Assembly: GCA_964427835.1 (NCBI GenBank)
Contig: CAYRVR010000001.1
Location: 1 to 63,383, forward strand
Reading direction: 5' to 3'
Source of the DNA: an uncultured Sulfurimonas sp.
GTDB taxonomy: Bacteria > Campylobacterota > Campylobacteria > Campylobacterales > Sulfurimonadaceae
Length of the DNA stretch: 63,383 nt
Below are positions 1-10,434 of the stretch, one piece after another; the first letter of the stretch is position 1, and every line of letters begins with the position of its first letter. Made by a program: the position numbers and the translations under genes. A model generated the notes under the pieces. The model worked only from the letters and a program-made list of their open reading frames with translations. It was not told where the DNA came from and ran no database searches.

Positions 1-154
1 TCTCCTAAAAATAGCCTTTTAAACAATTTTAGAAATTTACTCTATAGCCTTACATTACTTATTCTATTCTTCCAATGGTAAAAATTATTAAATAACAAGA
101 TAAACTAATAAATTATGTTATTATTAGTATCGTAAATTAACTAAAAGGGAGAAG

Positions 155-1033
155 ATGAAAAACTTACTTGTAAAAAGTTTAGTGATACTTGGATTAGTTC
201 AAGGTTCACTTATGGCAAAAGAAAAGACGATGGAAGAACTTTCAAAAGAGATGGCAAATCCTCTCGCTCAGATTTGGAATCTCTCATTTCAAAATAATTA
301 TACAACGTATAAAAGTGATGTGGTAGGAGGGCAAGACCATGTAAATGTCACTCTTTTTCAGCCAGTACTTCCAGTTCCCTTAGAAAATGGAATGACTGCG
401 TTTGCTCGTCCTGTTATCACGTATATTGATGCGCCAACTGGTGGTACAATAGATGCAAGTGATCCTCTCAATCCTATAGTTCGTGGAACTAATAGAGAGG
501 CAAAATTAGGTGATTTGATACTTCCAGTAGGTGTTGGAGCTGTGAAAATGAAGGGTTGGTCATATGGTGTAGGTGCTACATTTATATTTCCAACATCTCA
601 ACATAAGACGGTTGCTTCGCATCAGTATCAGGCGGGGCCAACTGCTTTAGCACTTTATGGTAATGATCAGTGGACAGTAGGGGCACATGTGCAACATTGG
701 TGGGGTATAGCTAGAGATTCTAACAAAGCTGCCAAAAGAAATCCACTAGCAAATCATACTGATATTCAATACTTCATAATCTATCATCTTCCTCAAGCAT
801 GGCAACTCCGGGCTTCACCGCATATTACATATAATTGGAATGCTAGTGCTAACAATAAATTGACACTTCCACTTGCGTTTGGTATAGGAAAAATGATAAA
901 GGTAGGACCAATGCCAGTACAATTAATGGCAGAGTATCAAAAAACTATTATTCGTCCAGATACGATTGGTGCTGATGATACCATTATGCTTCAGGCAAAC
1001 TTTATCATTAAAAATCCTTTTGGAAGTCTGTAG
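155..1033 (+). CDS. Putative outer-membrane beta-barrel/channel protein ('neuromedin U'-annotated / COG4313-like family)
   Basis: Signal peptide (..GSLMA-KE), N-terminal MANPLA..LSFQNN motif, QPVLP motif, alternating aromatic/amphipathic beta strands; AGGGAG RBS. Confidence 0.6.
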   Translation: MKNLLVKSLVILGLVQGSLMAKEKTMEELSKEMANPLAQIWNLSFQNNYTTYKSDVVGGQDHVNVTLFQPVLPVPLENGMTAFARPVITYIDAPTGGTIDASDPLNPIVRGTNREAKLGDLILPVGVGAVKMKGWSYGVGATFIFPTSQHKTVASHQYQAGPTALALYGNDQWTVGAHVQHWWGIARDSNKAAKRNPLANHTDIQYFIIYHLPQAWQLRASPHITYNWNASANNKLTLPLAFGIGKMIKVGPMPVQLMAEYQKTIIRPDTIGADDTIMLQANFIIKNPFGSL

Positions 1034-1097
1034 ATAAAATTTAGGAAAAGAAAGAGATGCTTAATAGCAAAATTAATTTTAAGTCAAAGGAAAAAAA

Positions 1098-2186
1098 ATG
1101 TTTAAAAAACGGATAAAAAATTTAGCTCTTGGAGTAATACTACTGGGTAGTTCACTCTATGCATGTACCGGACTTCAAGTAAAAACAAAAGATGGGGATT
1201 CTATCAGTGGTAGGACTTTAGAGTTTGGTATCTTTTTACCTACAAGTGCTATCAGTGTTCCGAGAAACTATACTTTTATAGGAAAAACACCCATAGGAAA
1301 TGGTAAAAAGTGGACAAGTAAATATGCAAGTATTGGAGTTATGATAGGTAGTGAAAAACTTATTCTTGATGGTATTAACGAAAAAGGTCTTACATGTGGA
1401 ATGTTTTATCTTCCAGGATATGCAAGCTACCCTGAGACAACGAAGAAAAATCAAAAAATTTCAATGTCCACATCAGACTTTAATCAGTGGGTACTCTCAC
1501 AGTTTAAAAATGTAGATGAAGTTAAAAAAGCGATAAAAAACGGTGAAGTCGCTTTTTCTAAGGTTCTCACAGAAGGTTTCCCACCATCAGTGCAACCTTT
1601 CCATTTTCTTATAAGTGATAAAAGTGGAAAAAGCATTGTTGTTGAACCAATTGATGGTAAAGTTGTTGTTTTTGATAACCCTGTTGGAGTGCTTACAAAT
1701 TCACCTACATTTGACTGGCATATGACGAACTTAAAAAACTATGTCAATCTTAGACCGGAAAATGCAAAACCTGTAGTTCTTAATGGTGCGAAGATAAATG
1801 CTCTTGGTCAAGGAACAGGTATGCTTGGACTTCCTGGTGATTTTACACCACCTTCTCGTTTTGTGAGAGCTGTTGTTTTTAGTATGACAGCTATACCAGA
1901 AAAAAATGCACTTCGTGGTGTTTATCAGGTTTTTCATATTTTAAATAACTTTGATATTCCTGTAGGAGTAGCAAGAACTGTACATGATGGTGTGATTTAT
2001 TCCGATTATACGATGCTTACAACGGTACGAGATCCTAAAAATTTACGTTTCTTTTATAAAACTTATGAAGACCAACGCATGAAGATGCTGGATTTACATG
2101 AGATCAATAAAAATGGCAAAAAAATTAAAGTTTTTTCTACAGCTTCAAAGCAACAATATATAGATATTGGCAAGAAACTACACTAA
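1098..2186 (+). CDS. Choloylglycine hydrolase / penicillin V acylase family Ntn-hydrolase, secreted
   Basis: Signal peptide followed by Cys nucleophile (LYA-CTG), GRTLEF, DGINEKGL, LTNSPTFDWH, LPGDFTPPSRFVRA motifs. Confidence 0.9.
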   Translation: MFKKRIKNLALGVILLGSSLYACTGLQVKTKDGDSISGRTLEFGIFLPTSAISVPRNYTFIGKTPIGNGKKWTSKYASIGVMIGSEKLILDGINEKGLTCGMFYLPGYASYPETTKKNQKISMSTSDFNQWVLSQFKNVDEVKKAIKNGEVAFSKVLTEGFPPSVQPFHFLISDKSGKSIVVEPIDGKVVVFDNPVGVLTNSPTFDWHMTNLKNYVNLRPENAKPVVLNGAKINALGQGTGMLGLPGDFTPPSRFVRAVVFSMTAIPEKNALRGVYQVFHILNNFDIPVGVARTVHDGVIYSDYTMLTTVRDPKNLRFFYKTYEDQRMKMLDLHEINKNGKKIKVFSTASKQQYIDIGKKLH

Positions 2187-2244
2187 TTTTGTCTGCTAGG
2201 TAATTGGTGGTATAATTTTATACTTCAATTACAAGGCGATATGT

Positions 2245-2922
2245 TTGAAATTAGGTAAAAAAGAGCTCATACTATTTGATTTTGATGGTACACTCATCGA
2301 TAGTGTACCTGATCTTGTTTTTGCGATTAATGAGATGCAATCTCAATTAAATCGTGAACATTTTGAAGAGCAGCTAGTGCGTTCATGGGTTGGTAACGGT
2401 GCACAGACGCTAGTAAAACGTGCATTAAGTAAAAATGTAATTATTGATGAGACCCTTGATCAAAAGCTTTTTGAAAAAGCACTCTCTATATTTTTAGAGA
2501 GTTACAAAAAAAATGTATGTGTAAAAACAAAAACGTATGAAGGCGTAGTTTCAACTTTACATCTCTTACAAAAACGGGGCTATAAAATGGCTATAGTCAC
2601 TAATAAACCACATAACTTCGTTGCTCCTATTTTAGAACAATTGGGTTTAAATGACTTTTTTGCACTCTTCATTGGGGGTGATGCTCTTGAGTATAAAAAA
2701 CCACATCCTCAACCACTTGAATATATATGTCAAGAGATGAATGTTTCCATTGTAAACGCAGTGATGGTTGGTGATTCGAAAAATGATATATTGGCGGCAA
2801 ATGCTGCAGGTATGCAGAGTATTGCTGTGAGTTACGGCTATAATTATGAGGAGGATATTAGCATATATAATCCGACTGTTGTGATTGACCATTTTAGAGA
2901 TATTTTGGAGGTTTTATCGTAA
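2245..2922 (+). CDS. gph: Phosphoglycolate phosphatase (HAD family)
   Basis: FDFDGTLIDS motif I, VTNKP, KKPHP, MVGDSKNDI. Confidence 0.85.
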   Translation: MKLGKKELILFDFDGTLIDSVPDLVFAINEMQSQLNREHFEEQLVRSWVGNGAQTLVKRALSKNVIIDETLDQKLFEKALSIFLESYKKNVCVKTKTYEGVVSTLHLLQKRGYKMAIVTNKPHNFVAPILEQLGLNDFFALFIGGDALEYKKPHPQPLEYICQEMNVSIVNAVMVGDSKNDILAANAAGMQSIAVSYGYNYEEDISIYNPTVVIDHFRDILEVLS

Positions 2923-4356
2923 ATGAGTGCAAAAATAGCGGTTATTGGTGGAGGCGTAGCAGGATCATCAATTGCTTTATATCTGGCAGAACTTGGTTTA
3001 GATGTTACACTTTTTGAGAAGGGAAAAAGTCTTGTAAATGGTCCTCCTATTTGTCATTTGCATGCAGGTGGAAATTTATATCGAGAAATTTCAGATGAGC
3101 AGTGCATTACTCTTTTAAAAGATTCCATTGATTTAGTCCGTTTTTTGCCTTTGGCTGTTGATTATAGGCCTACTGTCATTGCTGTGCCCGTTGATGATGC
3201 AGGGGAACCGGAAGATTTATGCCATCGTTTGCACCTTTTGCAAAATGAGTATAAGGAGTTAATACGACAAGATAAAGCTAACAAAGTCCTTGGCGATGTT
3301 GAGGAGTATTTTCAAACATTTTCTCGTGAAGAGGTGTATGCTTTAAGAGAAAAAGAGCCAAGTGAATTTCCTCAAACATTAGAGGAGTGGATGATACCTG
3401 TTGCCAAAAATATTGATTTAAATAAAGTGAAATTTCCCTTAGTTATGGTGCAAGAGTATGGATTGAATATATTTCGTATTGCAGCTTCACTTTCTCTAGC
3501 GCTTAAAAGCTCTGATAATGTAACAACTTTGTTAGAGACAGAAGTCATTGACATTCACAAGACAGAGAATAGCGCTGCATATACAATAGAGTACAGATCA
3601 GGAGAAGTGATAGAGCAACAAAGGTTTGATTTTCTGGTAAACGCAGCAGGTTTTAAAAGTGGTGAAATTGATGATATGCTTGGAATTGAGTGTGAAAGAC
3701 TCGTCGAGTTTAAGGCTGCGTACGTTACAAAATGGGAAGGATGTAAGATGCTTTGGCCGGAGGTTGTTTTTCATGGAGAGCGTGGAACGCCACAGGGAAT
3801 GGCACAGTTTACTCCTTATCCTGATGGCTATTTTCAACTCCATGGTATGACAAATACAATTACGCTTTTTGATGAGGGACTTGTAAAAACATCCAAGCAA
3901 AGTTCTCAACCAAAACTGCATCCTCAATTTATAAAAAAAATAGAACATAAGTGGAGTACGCAAGAGATTCATAAACGCAGTAGACTCGCCATTGGACATG
4001 TGGCACAGTATATTCCACGATTTGAGAAAGGAGAAGTTGCTGCAAAACCACTCTATGGCGCGCAACAAATTCCTGGTGAAGATGCAAGCCTTCGAGCCTC
4101 AAATGTAGCTATTGTGGGTGATAATTATGCGCGATGTGAAATTGTTAAGGCATCTTCTGTCTTGAGTATGGCAGATGATATTGCGGTACAACTGAAAAAG
4201 ATACATTTGTTAGAAAAGCCGCTTGTAAAATACCGAGAATTTTCATATCTTCATGCACTTGATGAAAAGGTTGTTGCTGCATATGCTCAAAGGCTGTGTG
4301 TAGAGAGAGAATATCCTCCCTCAATGGCAAATATTACAGTAAAAAGAGGGTTATAA
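2923..4356 (+). CDS. FAD-dependent oxidoreductase (DAO/LhgO-like), substrate unknown
   Basis: IAVIGGGVAG Rossmann motif, HLHAGGNLY, LVNAAG; abuts the gph stop. Confidence 0.75.
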   Translation: MSAKIAVIGGGVAGSSIALYLAELGLDVTLFEKGKSLVNGPPICHLHAGGNLYREISDEQCITLLKDSIDLVRFLPLAVDYRPTVIAVPVDDAGEPEDLCHRLHLLQNEYKELIRQDKANKVLGDVEEYFQTFSREEVYALREKEPSEFPQTLEEWMIPVAKNIDLNKVKFPLVMVQEYGLNIFRIAASLSLALKSSDNVTTLLETEVIDIHKTENSAAYTIEYRSGEVIEQQRFDFLVNAAGFKSGEIDDMLGIECERLVEFKAAYVTKWEGCKMLWPEVVFHGERGTPQGMAQFTPYPDGYFQLHGMTNTITLFDEGLVKTSKQSSQPKLHPQFIKKIEHKWSTQEIHKRSRLAIGHVAQYIPRFEKGEVAAKPLYGAQQIPGEDASLRASNVAIVGDNYARCEIVKASSVLSMADDIAVQLKKIHLLEKPLVKYREFSYLHALDEKVVAAYAQRLCVEREYPPSMANITVKRGL

Positions 4357-5463
4357 AAAGCTTTTCGTTCCACTTCTGTCATACATGTCTTTGTAGCGGA
4401 AGGTGATGAGGTTTTGCATAATTGCAAAGAGAATAATAAAGTTTAAAAAACTACTGCCTCCATAGCTAAACATGGGTAGGGGAACTCCAACAACGGGAGC
4501 GTAGCCTATTGTCATAGAGATATTCACGCCCATGTATATGAAAATCATAAAAGAGAGCGAAACTGTTACCACTTTTATGAGGTAGTCTTTGTTGAGTACA
4601 CTTAAACTTAATAGGTGTAAAATGAGCAGTGCATAAATAGTAATGAGCGCAAGTGCTCCTAAAAAACCTGTTCGCTCAACTACAAAAGCAAAAATAAAGT
4701 CACTCGTTGCAATAGGTAAAAATTTCATTTGTGTTTGTGTTGCTTCGTTTTTATCTTTACCTGTCCATCCACCAGAACCTATGGCAATGATAGACTGCTG
4801 TACATGGTAAGAGGGTTTTTCACTTATAAAGTCAGTGATGCGTTCTCTTTGGTAATCATGGAGTAGAAATTTGTAGGCTATTGGTGAAAAAAGTAAAATA
4901 ACAGCAGCAATAGAGGCTACGATTTTCCAGTAAACTCCAACATAAAAAAGAACACCAAACCCAATGAGTAGTAAAACCATAGCAGTACCAAGGTCCGGCT
5001 CTTTTGCTATAAGAATAAAAGGAATAAAAATATAGAGGCTTATTTTTAAGAAATCTTTGAGTCGGTAGCCATGTAAGGGGGGTGGATTTTTATTGATAAG
5101 ATATGCAAGCATAAGAATGAGCGCAGGCTTTACAAACTCGGAAGGTTGTATGGTTGCGTTTATAAAGGGTATGTCTATCCAGCGTTGTGCACCTAAACGG
5201 GAGTGTCCAAAAAATTCTACAGCAAGTAAAAGGGCTATATTTGCCCAGTAAATAAAAGGAATAATCCAACTCATACGTCTAATAGGAAGAATAAAAATAA
5301 CTAAGAATGTAAGGGCTGCCACTCCAATGTAGGCCATTTGTTTATGTGCAAGTGCAGGAACTGCCTCTCCTATGAGCCAATGAGACATTATAACAAGAGG
5401 AATGATAAGAATGATGGAAAGAAAGTCAAATTGTGATAAAATACTCTTATCAAATCTCCACAA
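4351..5463 (-). CDS. rodA: Rod shape-determining protein RodA (SEDS family)
   Basis: GAQRWI, IQPSEFVK, EPDLGTA, QSIIAIGSGG, TSDFIFA, GVPLPMFSYGGSS. Start moved from 5526 to TTG at 5463, which has an AGGAG RBS. Confidence 0.9.
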   Translation of the reverse strand: MWRFDKSILSQFDFLSIILIIPLVIMSHWLIGEAVPALAHKQMAYIGVAALTFLVIFILPIRRMSWIIPFIYWANIALLLAVEFFGHSRLGAQRWIDIPFINATIQPSEFVKPALILMLAYLINKNPPPLHGYRLKDFLKISLYIFIPFILIAKEPDLGTAMVLLLIGFGVLFYVGVYWKIVASIAAVILLFSPIAYKFLLHDYQRERITDFISEKPSYHVQQSIIAIGSGGWTGKDKNEATQTQMKFLPIATSDFIFAFVVERTGFLGALALITIYALLILHLLSLSVLNKDYLIKVVTVSLSFMIFIYMGVNISMTIGYAPVVGVPLPMFSYGGSSFLNFIILFAIMQNLITFRYKDMYDRSGTKSFL

Positions 5464-5515
5464 GTTCTCTCTCCTGATTTTAATTGGTATGATTGTAACA
5501 TAAAGGTAATAAAGA

Positions 5516-6490
5516 ATGATAAACACACAAGAGTTTATATGTGAGAAGCCTGAACGTTTAGATACGTTTTTAACGACACAAATAGGACAAACCCGTTCAC
5601 AAATTGCAAGCCTTATAAAACATGAATGTGTTTTTGTAGATGGTAAAAAAGTTGCTCGACCGGGCGTAAAACTTAAAACGGGGCAAAAAGTTCTTGTAGA
5701 ATTTCCTGAAGCAAAAAAAGAAAAAGCACTTGACGTTGATTTTGATGTTGCAGTTTTATATGAAGATGACGATGTCTTAGTTATAAATAAACCAAGTGGT
5801 GTGACAGTACATCCCGCACCAAGTGTAAAAGAAGCTACTTTAGTAGATTGGCTTAAACATAAAGGAGTGCGTCTTTCAACGATTAGTGGAGAAGAACGGC
5901 ATGGAATTGTGCATCGCCTTGATAAGGGAACAAGTGGAACTATGGTTGTTGCAAAAAATAATGAAGCACATGAATTTCTCTCAAAACAACTACAAGATAA
6001 AAGTATGGGGCGTTACTACATTGCCGTTGTTACACCACCTTTAAAAGAAGATATAACAATAATTGAATCAAATATAGGGCGAAGTTCTCATAACCGTTTG
6101 AAAATGGCTTGTGGATTGGAACATGGAAAATATGCGAAAACTATGTTTAAGCATCTGGCTTTAAGTGATGATGAAAAAACACAGTTAATTGCCTGTAAAC
6201 TTTTTACGGGAAGAACGCATCAAATACGGGTACATTTAGAAAGTATGAATCGTCATATTTTAGGAGATCATATTTATGGTTTAAGCCCAAAAGTAGAGAA
6301 GGCGGAACGTATTTTGCTTCATGCTTATTTAATCTATTTTATCCATCCGACGACGAAAGAGAAGCTTTTTTTCAAAGCTGATTTTGATAACACAATGAAT
6401 GATATAATACGAAAAAAATTTGATAGGGAGATTTTGAATGAAGTTATCGACACTGAGTATATTATGCACAGCTTCACTACTGCTTCTTAG
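5516..6490 (+). CDS. rluD: RluA/RluD family 23S rRNA pseudouridine synthase
   Basis: N-terminal S4 domain (RLD..L), INKPSG, HRLDKGTSG, TGRTHQIRVH. Confidence 0.9.
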   Translation: MINTQEFICEKPERLDTFLTTQIGQTRSQIASLIKHECVFVDGKKVARPGVKLKTGQKVLVEFPEAKKEKALDVDFDVAVLYEDDDVLVINKPSGVTVHPAPSVKEATLVDWLKHKGVRLSTISGEERHGIVHRLDKGTSGTMVVAKNNEAHEFLSKQLQDKSMGRYYIAVVTPPLKEDITIIESNIGRSSHNRLKMACGLEHGKYAKTMFKHLALSDDEKTQLIACKLFTGRTHQIRVHLESMNRHILGDHIYGLSPKVEKAERILLHAYLIYFIHPTTKEKLFFKADFDNTMNDIIRKKFDREILNEVIDTEYIMHSFTTAS

Positions 6491-7799
6491 TGGATGTATA
6501 TCACCAAAGCCATCTGAAGAAAAAAAAGCAGTTATTGACTCTACGCTACCGGTAATAACATTAACCCAGCATGGTATTATGCGCGATATGAAAACAGTAG
6601 CTTTTGAATGGAGTGGTATTTCAGATCCACGGGTAAGTGCAATTTATGTATATAAAAAAGATTTTTCAAATAAAGATTCTAAAAAATTAGAGTACCTCAC
6701 GACTATAGACAATAGATTTCGTACACATTTTGTAGATAATACAGATAAACCAAACTCACGATACAGCTATGCATTTAAAGTTATTTCTAAGGATGCTGAA
6801 GGAAAATTAAGTAAAGTTTTTACAGTAAATACACTTCCTGTTTTACAGTCTGTTTCATGGATTCATTCTATAGAAGGGTTACCAAGAATGGCAAAAATTA
6901 TTTGGCGACCACATAGCAGTGAGCGTGTAGAAAAATATATTATTGAGCGTAAAGCATACGATGACAAAAATTTTGAAGAGATTGCAACACTCAATGGACG
7001 ATTAAACGCAGAGTATATTGATTCTGGACTTAAAGATGATTATGTTTATTTTTATCGTGTGCGGGTGGAAACATTTGATGGTATTGTCTCAACTCCATCA
7101 GCTATGGTAAAAGTGATTACAAAAGCACTGCCTAAAAGTATTACACATATTAGTGCAACAAAAAATTTACCACGTGCGATAGAAATTCAATGGGAAAAAT
7201 CAAATATAAAAGATTTTAAAAGATATTATCTCTATAGAAGTGATACAAAAGATGGAAATTATGAGTTGATTGCAAAACTTTATAACAATCACTTTAGAGA
7301 TACCATTAAAGAAGATGGAAAATCATATTTTTACAGAGTAAGTGTTGTAGATAAAGATGGACTTGAAAGTAGAAATGATCAATATACCATTATGGGAATG
7401 AGTTTGCCAAAACCTTTGGCACCTACTGTTTTAGAAGCAATAGTTGTAGATGGAAAAGTCCGTCTTACTTGGAATAAAAATGATGCACGTGTAACATCTT
7501 ATAAAATTGTACGTACATATCGTGACGGATGGTTCCATGAAACAACGAAAGATTTTAATAATATCACAAAAACAGAATTTTTAGATCGAGATATAAAACC
7601 AAATAGTACCTATACCTACACTGTCTATGGTGTTGATGCAAATGGTATAGTTTCTCAACCAAGCCCAGAAGTAAAAGTTGTTACAAAAGAGTTTGACAAT
7701 GTTGTTGATGCTCCAAAAGATGAAGTGATAGAAAAAAAAGCTTCTCAAACGCAGGAGACAATCTCTCCTGTCAATGACTTAGATGTAAATGAGCTTTAA
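6438..7799 (+). CDS. Fibronectin type III repeat lipoprotein (FlpA-like)
   Basis: Lipobox LLLSGC; repeated FN3-like W..Y.IYR...Y.D...Y.YRV..VD..G..S units; typical rluD-FN3-trmB-ftsEX context. Confidence 0.8.
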   Translation: MKLSTLSILCTASLLLLSGCISPKPSEEKKAVIDSTLPVITLTQHGIMRDMKTVAFEWSGISDPRVSAIYVYKKDFSNKDSKKLEYLTTIDNRFRTHFVDNTDKPNSRYSYAFKVISKDAEGKLSKVFTVNTLPVLQSVSWIHSIEGLPRMAKIIWRPHSSERVEKYIIERKAYDDKNFEEIATLNGRLNAEYIDSGLKDDYVYFYRVRVETFDGIVSTPSAMVKVITKALPKSITHISATKNLPRAIEIQWEKSNIKDFKRYYLYRSDTKDGNYELIAKLYNNHFRDTIKEDGKSYFYRVSVVDKDGLESRNDQYTIMGMSLPKPLAPTVLEAIVVDGKVRLTWNKNDARVTSYKIVRTYRDGWFHETTKDFNNITKTEFLDRDIKPNSTYTYTVYGVDANGIVSQPSPEVKVVTKEFDNVVDAPKDEVIEKKASQTQETISPVNDLDVNEL

Positions 7800-8971
7800 T
7801 GCCACACTTACATATAAAAGAGTTTAAAGAGGTGGCTCTTCCTGCTGTGGAAGATGGGGTGCATTTTAATTTTATTGCTAACAATATAAATCATAAGGAT
7901 GAAAAGCTTATTTCGACTACTGTAGATGGAGAGGACTTTTTTCTTTTGGTCAAAGAAGAAGAGTCAAGAAGTCTTTTAAAAACAGATAAATTGACACGTC
8001 CTGCTTCTACGTACAATGTGCATAAAGCGCTTCTTTCATACGCTAAACTTGCTGGCTTAGAAGTTCTTGCATCAAATGTGATAGAAGGACAAAAAAACAT
8101 TCATCTTCAAGAAGAGAGTGCGCTGAAGAAAATTGAATATTTTGCAGAAAATTTTCCGATAGAGAAAGAGGTCCGTATTGAAGTTGGATTTGGTTCTGGA
8201 AGACATCTTTTACATCAGGCTGCAAATAATCCAGATGTTTTGTTTATAGGTATTGAGATTCATCGTCCTTCTATTGAACAGGTACTCAAGCAAAGTGTTA
8301 TACAAAAATTAGACAATTTACTTGTGCTCGATTATGATGCAAGACTTTTTATGGAACTTGTACCTTCTAATGTTGTTGGTGCGATTTATGTTCATTTCCC
8401 TGTTCCTTGGGATAAAAAGCCACACCGTAGAGTGATTTCAACCTCTTTTATTGAAGAGGCACGCCGCGTGCTGAAAGTAGGGGGGACCTTAGAACTTCGA
8501 ACAGATAGTGAAAATTATTATGCTTATTCTTATGAAACATTTATCGCTTTTAATAAAACAACATTGCACATAAATAAAAATAAAGATATTGCTGTAAGTT
8601 CAAAATATGAGGATAGATGGAAGAAAATGGAGAAAAACATTTATGATCTTACAATGATCAATGATGAAATTTCTCCAGAAAATGAGGTTTTTGGTGATTT
8701 TACTTTTGATGAAATGCAGATAGGAAATGAAGCACTCTTTGCCTTAAATGATAAAACATTCCGTTTTGAAAATGGTTTTATTCATGTTGAAAGAGTCTAT
8801 GCTCTTGAAAATGGTGTAATGCTGCGTTTATCAATGGGAAGTTTTGATAGACCAGAGCATCTTTATTTGCTCAAACGAGAAAATAGATTTTGTTATTATC
8901 CTCAAAATCCTTTAAAATCACGTAGTAATTTAAAAGCACATAAGCATTTAGTAGAGGTATTACATGGATAA
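7799..8971 (+). CDS. trmB: tRNA (guanine-N7)-methyltransferase
   Basis: [38 protein letters not shown]. Confidence 0.92.
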   Translation: MPHLHIKEFKEVALPAVEDGVHFNFIANNINHKDEKLISTTVDGEDFFLLVKEEESRSLLKTDKLTRPASTYNVHKALLSYAKLAGLEVLASNVIEGQKNIHLQEESALKKIEYFAENFPIEKEVRIEVGFGSGRHLLHQAANNPDVLFIGIEIHRPSIEQVLKQSVIQKLDNLLVLDYDARLFMELVPSNVVGAIYVHFPVPWDKKPHRRVISTSFIEEARRVLKVGGTLELRTDSENYYAYSYETFIAFNKTTLHINKNKDIAVSSKYEDRWKKMEKNIYDLTMINDEISPENEVFGDFTFDEMQIGNEALFALNDKTFRFENGFIHVERVYALENGVMLRLSMGSFDRPEHLYLLKRENRFCYYPQNPLKSRSNLKAHKHLVEVLHG

Positions 8972-9635
8972 AGTTATATTAGCAAGTAATCTTTCCCTTG
9001 CTTATTCTAACAATGATACAATTATAAATAAAGCAAATTTTTCAGTAGATACCGGGAGTTTTGTGTTTATTACCGGTGCGAGTGGAAGTGGTAAGTCAAC
9101 GCTTTTAAAATCTCTGTATGGAGCATTAAAGCCAATAGAAGGGAGTTTGATAGTTGGTGGTGTTGAGCTAAAAGGTGTAAGTAATAAAAAATTGAATTTT
9201 TTAAGAAAACATCTTGGAATTGTTTTTCAAGATTATAAACTTGTAAAAGAGTGGACAATTGAGAAAAATATTATGTTACCGCTTATTATTAATGGCTATG
9301 ATAAAGCGGTAACGCAAAATCAGGTCGATTCTCTTTTAAAGCATGTCCGTATGCAACATCAAATTGGGAAGTATCCTCAAGAACTCAGTGGTGGAGAGCA
9401 ACAACGTGTTGCCATGGCACGGGCACTTGCACATAATCCGACAATTATATTAGCTGATGAGCCTACAGGGAATCTTGATGATTACTCTTCACAATTAATT
9501 TGGAACCTCTTAGAGGGCGCAAATGAACAGCTTGATACGACGATTATTGTTGTAACGCACCATATTCCACAAACAATGAAAGTGCCTTACAAGCATTATC
9601 ATATTGAATTTGGAGATATTCGTGAAGTCATTTAA
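8964..9635 (+). CDS. ftsE: Cell division ABC ATPase FtsE
   Basis: [39 protein letters not shown]. Confidence 0.9.
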   Translation: MDKVILASNLSLAYSNNDTIINKANFSVDTGSFVFITGASGSGKSTLLKSLYGALKPIEGSLIVGGVELKGVSNKKLNFLRKHLGIVFQDYKLVKEWTIEKNIMLPLIINGYDKAVTQNQVDSLLKHVRMQHQIGKYPQELSGGEQQRVAMARALAHNPTIILADEPTGNLDDYSSQLIWNLLEGANEQLDTTIIVVTHHIPQTMKVPYKHYHIEFGDIREVI

Positions 9636-10434
9636 AAACCATATATCTTTAGTCATTGCTTTGGTAAGCATACTTTTTTCCATACAACTTCTTCAAATTG
9701 TTGATAGATCCATTGATGCGTATAAAATGAAACTTACTCAAAATTATTCACTTGTCGTTGTGAGTCAAAATACAATCAAGAAAAAAGATCTTATAAAAAA
9801 AATACCGGCAATTTCAGATGTTATCATCCTCTCTCCTGATAATGTTATAAAAAAACTCAATACAAAAATTAGTAAAAATAATGTTGCACTTTTAAAAGCA
9901 ACACTACCAAAATTCTATAAATTAAAATTAGCTACCTACCCAAGTCCTCAAGAGGTAAAAACACTAACGAAAAAACTTCTACGGATTTCTGGAATTACCA
10001 AGGTTGAAAGTTTTAGCGCAACTCATGATACAATTTATGCTCTTTTATTGCTTTTTAAAACGGTCATAAGCGTTTTGACATTTGCAATTTTGATTGTAAC
10101 TCTGCTGCTTATATTTAAAGAGTTGAGAATATGGCAATTTAAACATAATGAACGTATGAGTATCATGAGCCTCTTTGGTGCACCAACTTGGCTACGTTCA
10201 GCAGTTTTATTCCGTTTGGCCATTGTTGATGCTTTCATAGCCTCTTTTATTACTTTTATACTTTTTTCTTACATAGCTTCAAGTAGTTGGGTAGAACAAC
10301 AACTTGCAACTATTGGCATACATATTGTTGTGTTTGATACATTTCATGATTTTTTAACTGCATTACTTGTTTCTATTACAGTGTCAGTTTTACTTGCTGT
10401 TTTTATTGTTTTGGGACATAAAGAAGAGGTCTAA
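9622..10434 (+). CDS. ftsX: Cell division permease FtsX
   Basis: 4-TM layout, IMSLFGA motif, follows ftsE; GTG start at 9622 with GGAG RBS preferred over 9604. Confidence 0.8.
   Translation: MKSFKNHISLVIALVSILFSIQLLQIVDRSIDAYKMKLTQNYSLVVVSQNTIKKKDLIKKIPAISDVIILSPDNVIKKLNTKISKNNVALLKATLPKFYKLKLATYPSPQEVKTLTKKLLRISGITKVESFSATHDTIYALLLLFKTVISVLTFAILIVTLLLIFKELRIWQFKHNERMSIMSLFGAPTWLRSAVLFRLAIVDAFIASFITFILFSYIASSSWVEQQLATIGIHIVVFDTFHDFLTALLVSITVSVLLAVFIVLGHKEEV

Noticed and set aside
5097-5102. G6 tract as a possible phase-variation site
   Set aside because: Too short, encodes a Pro run in an intact rodA
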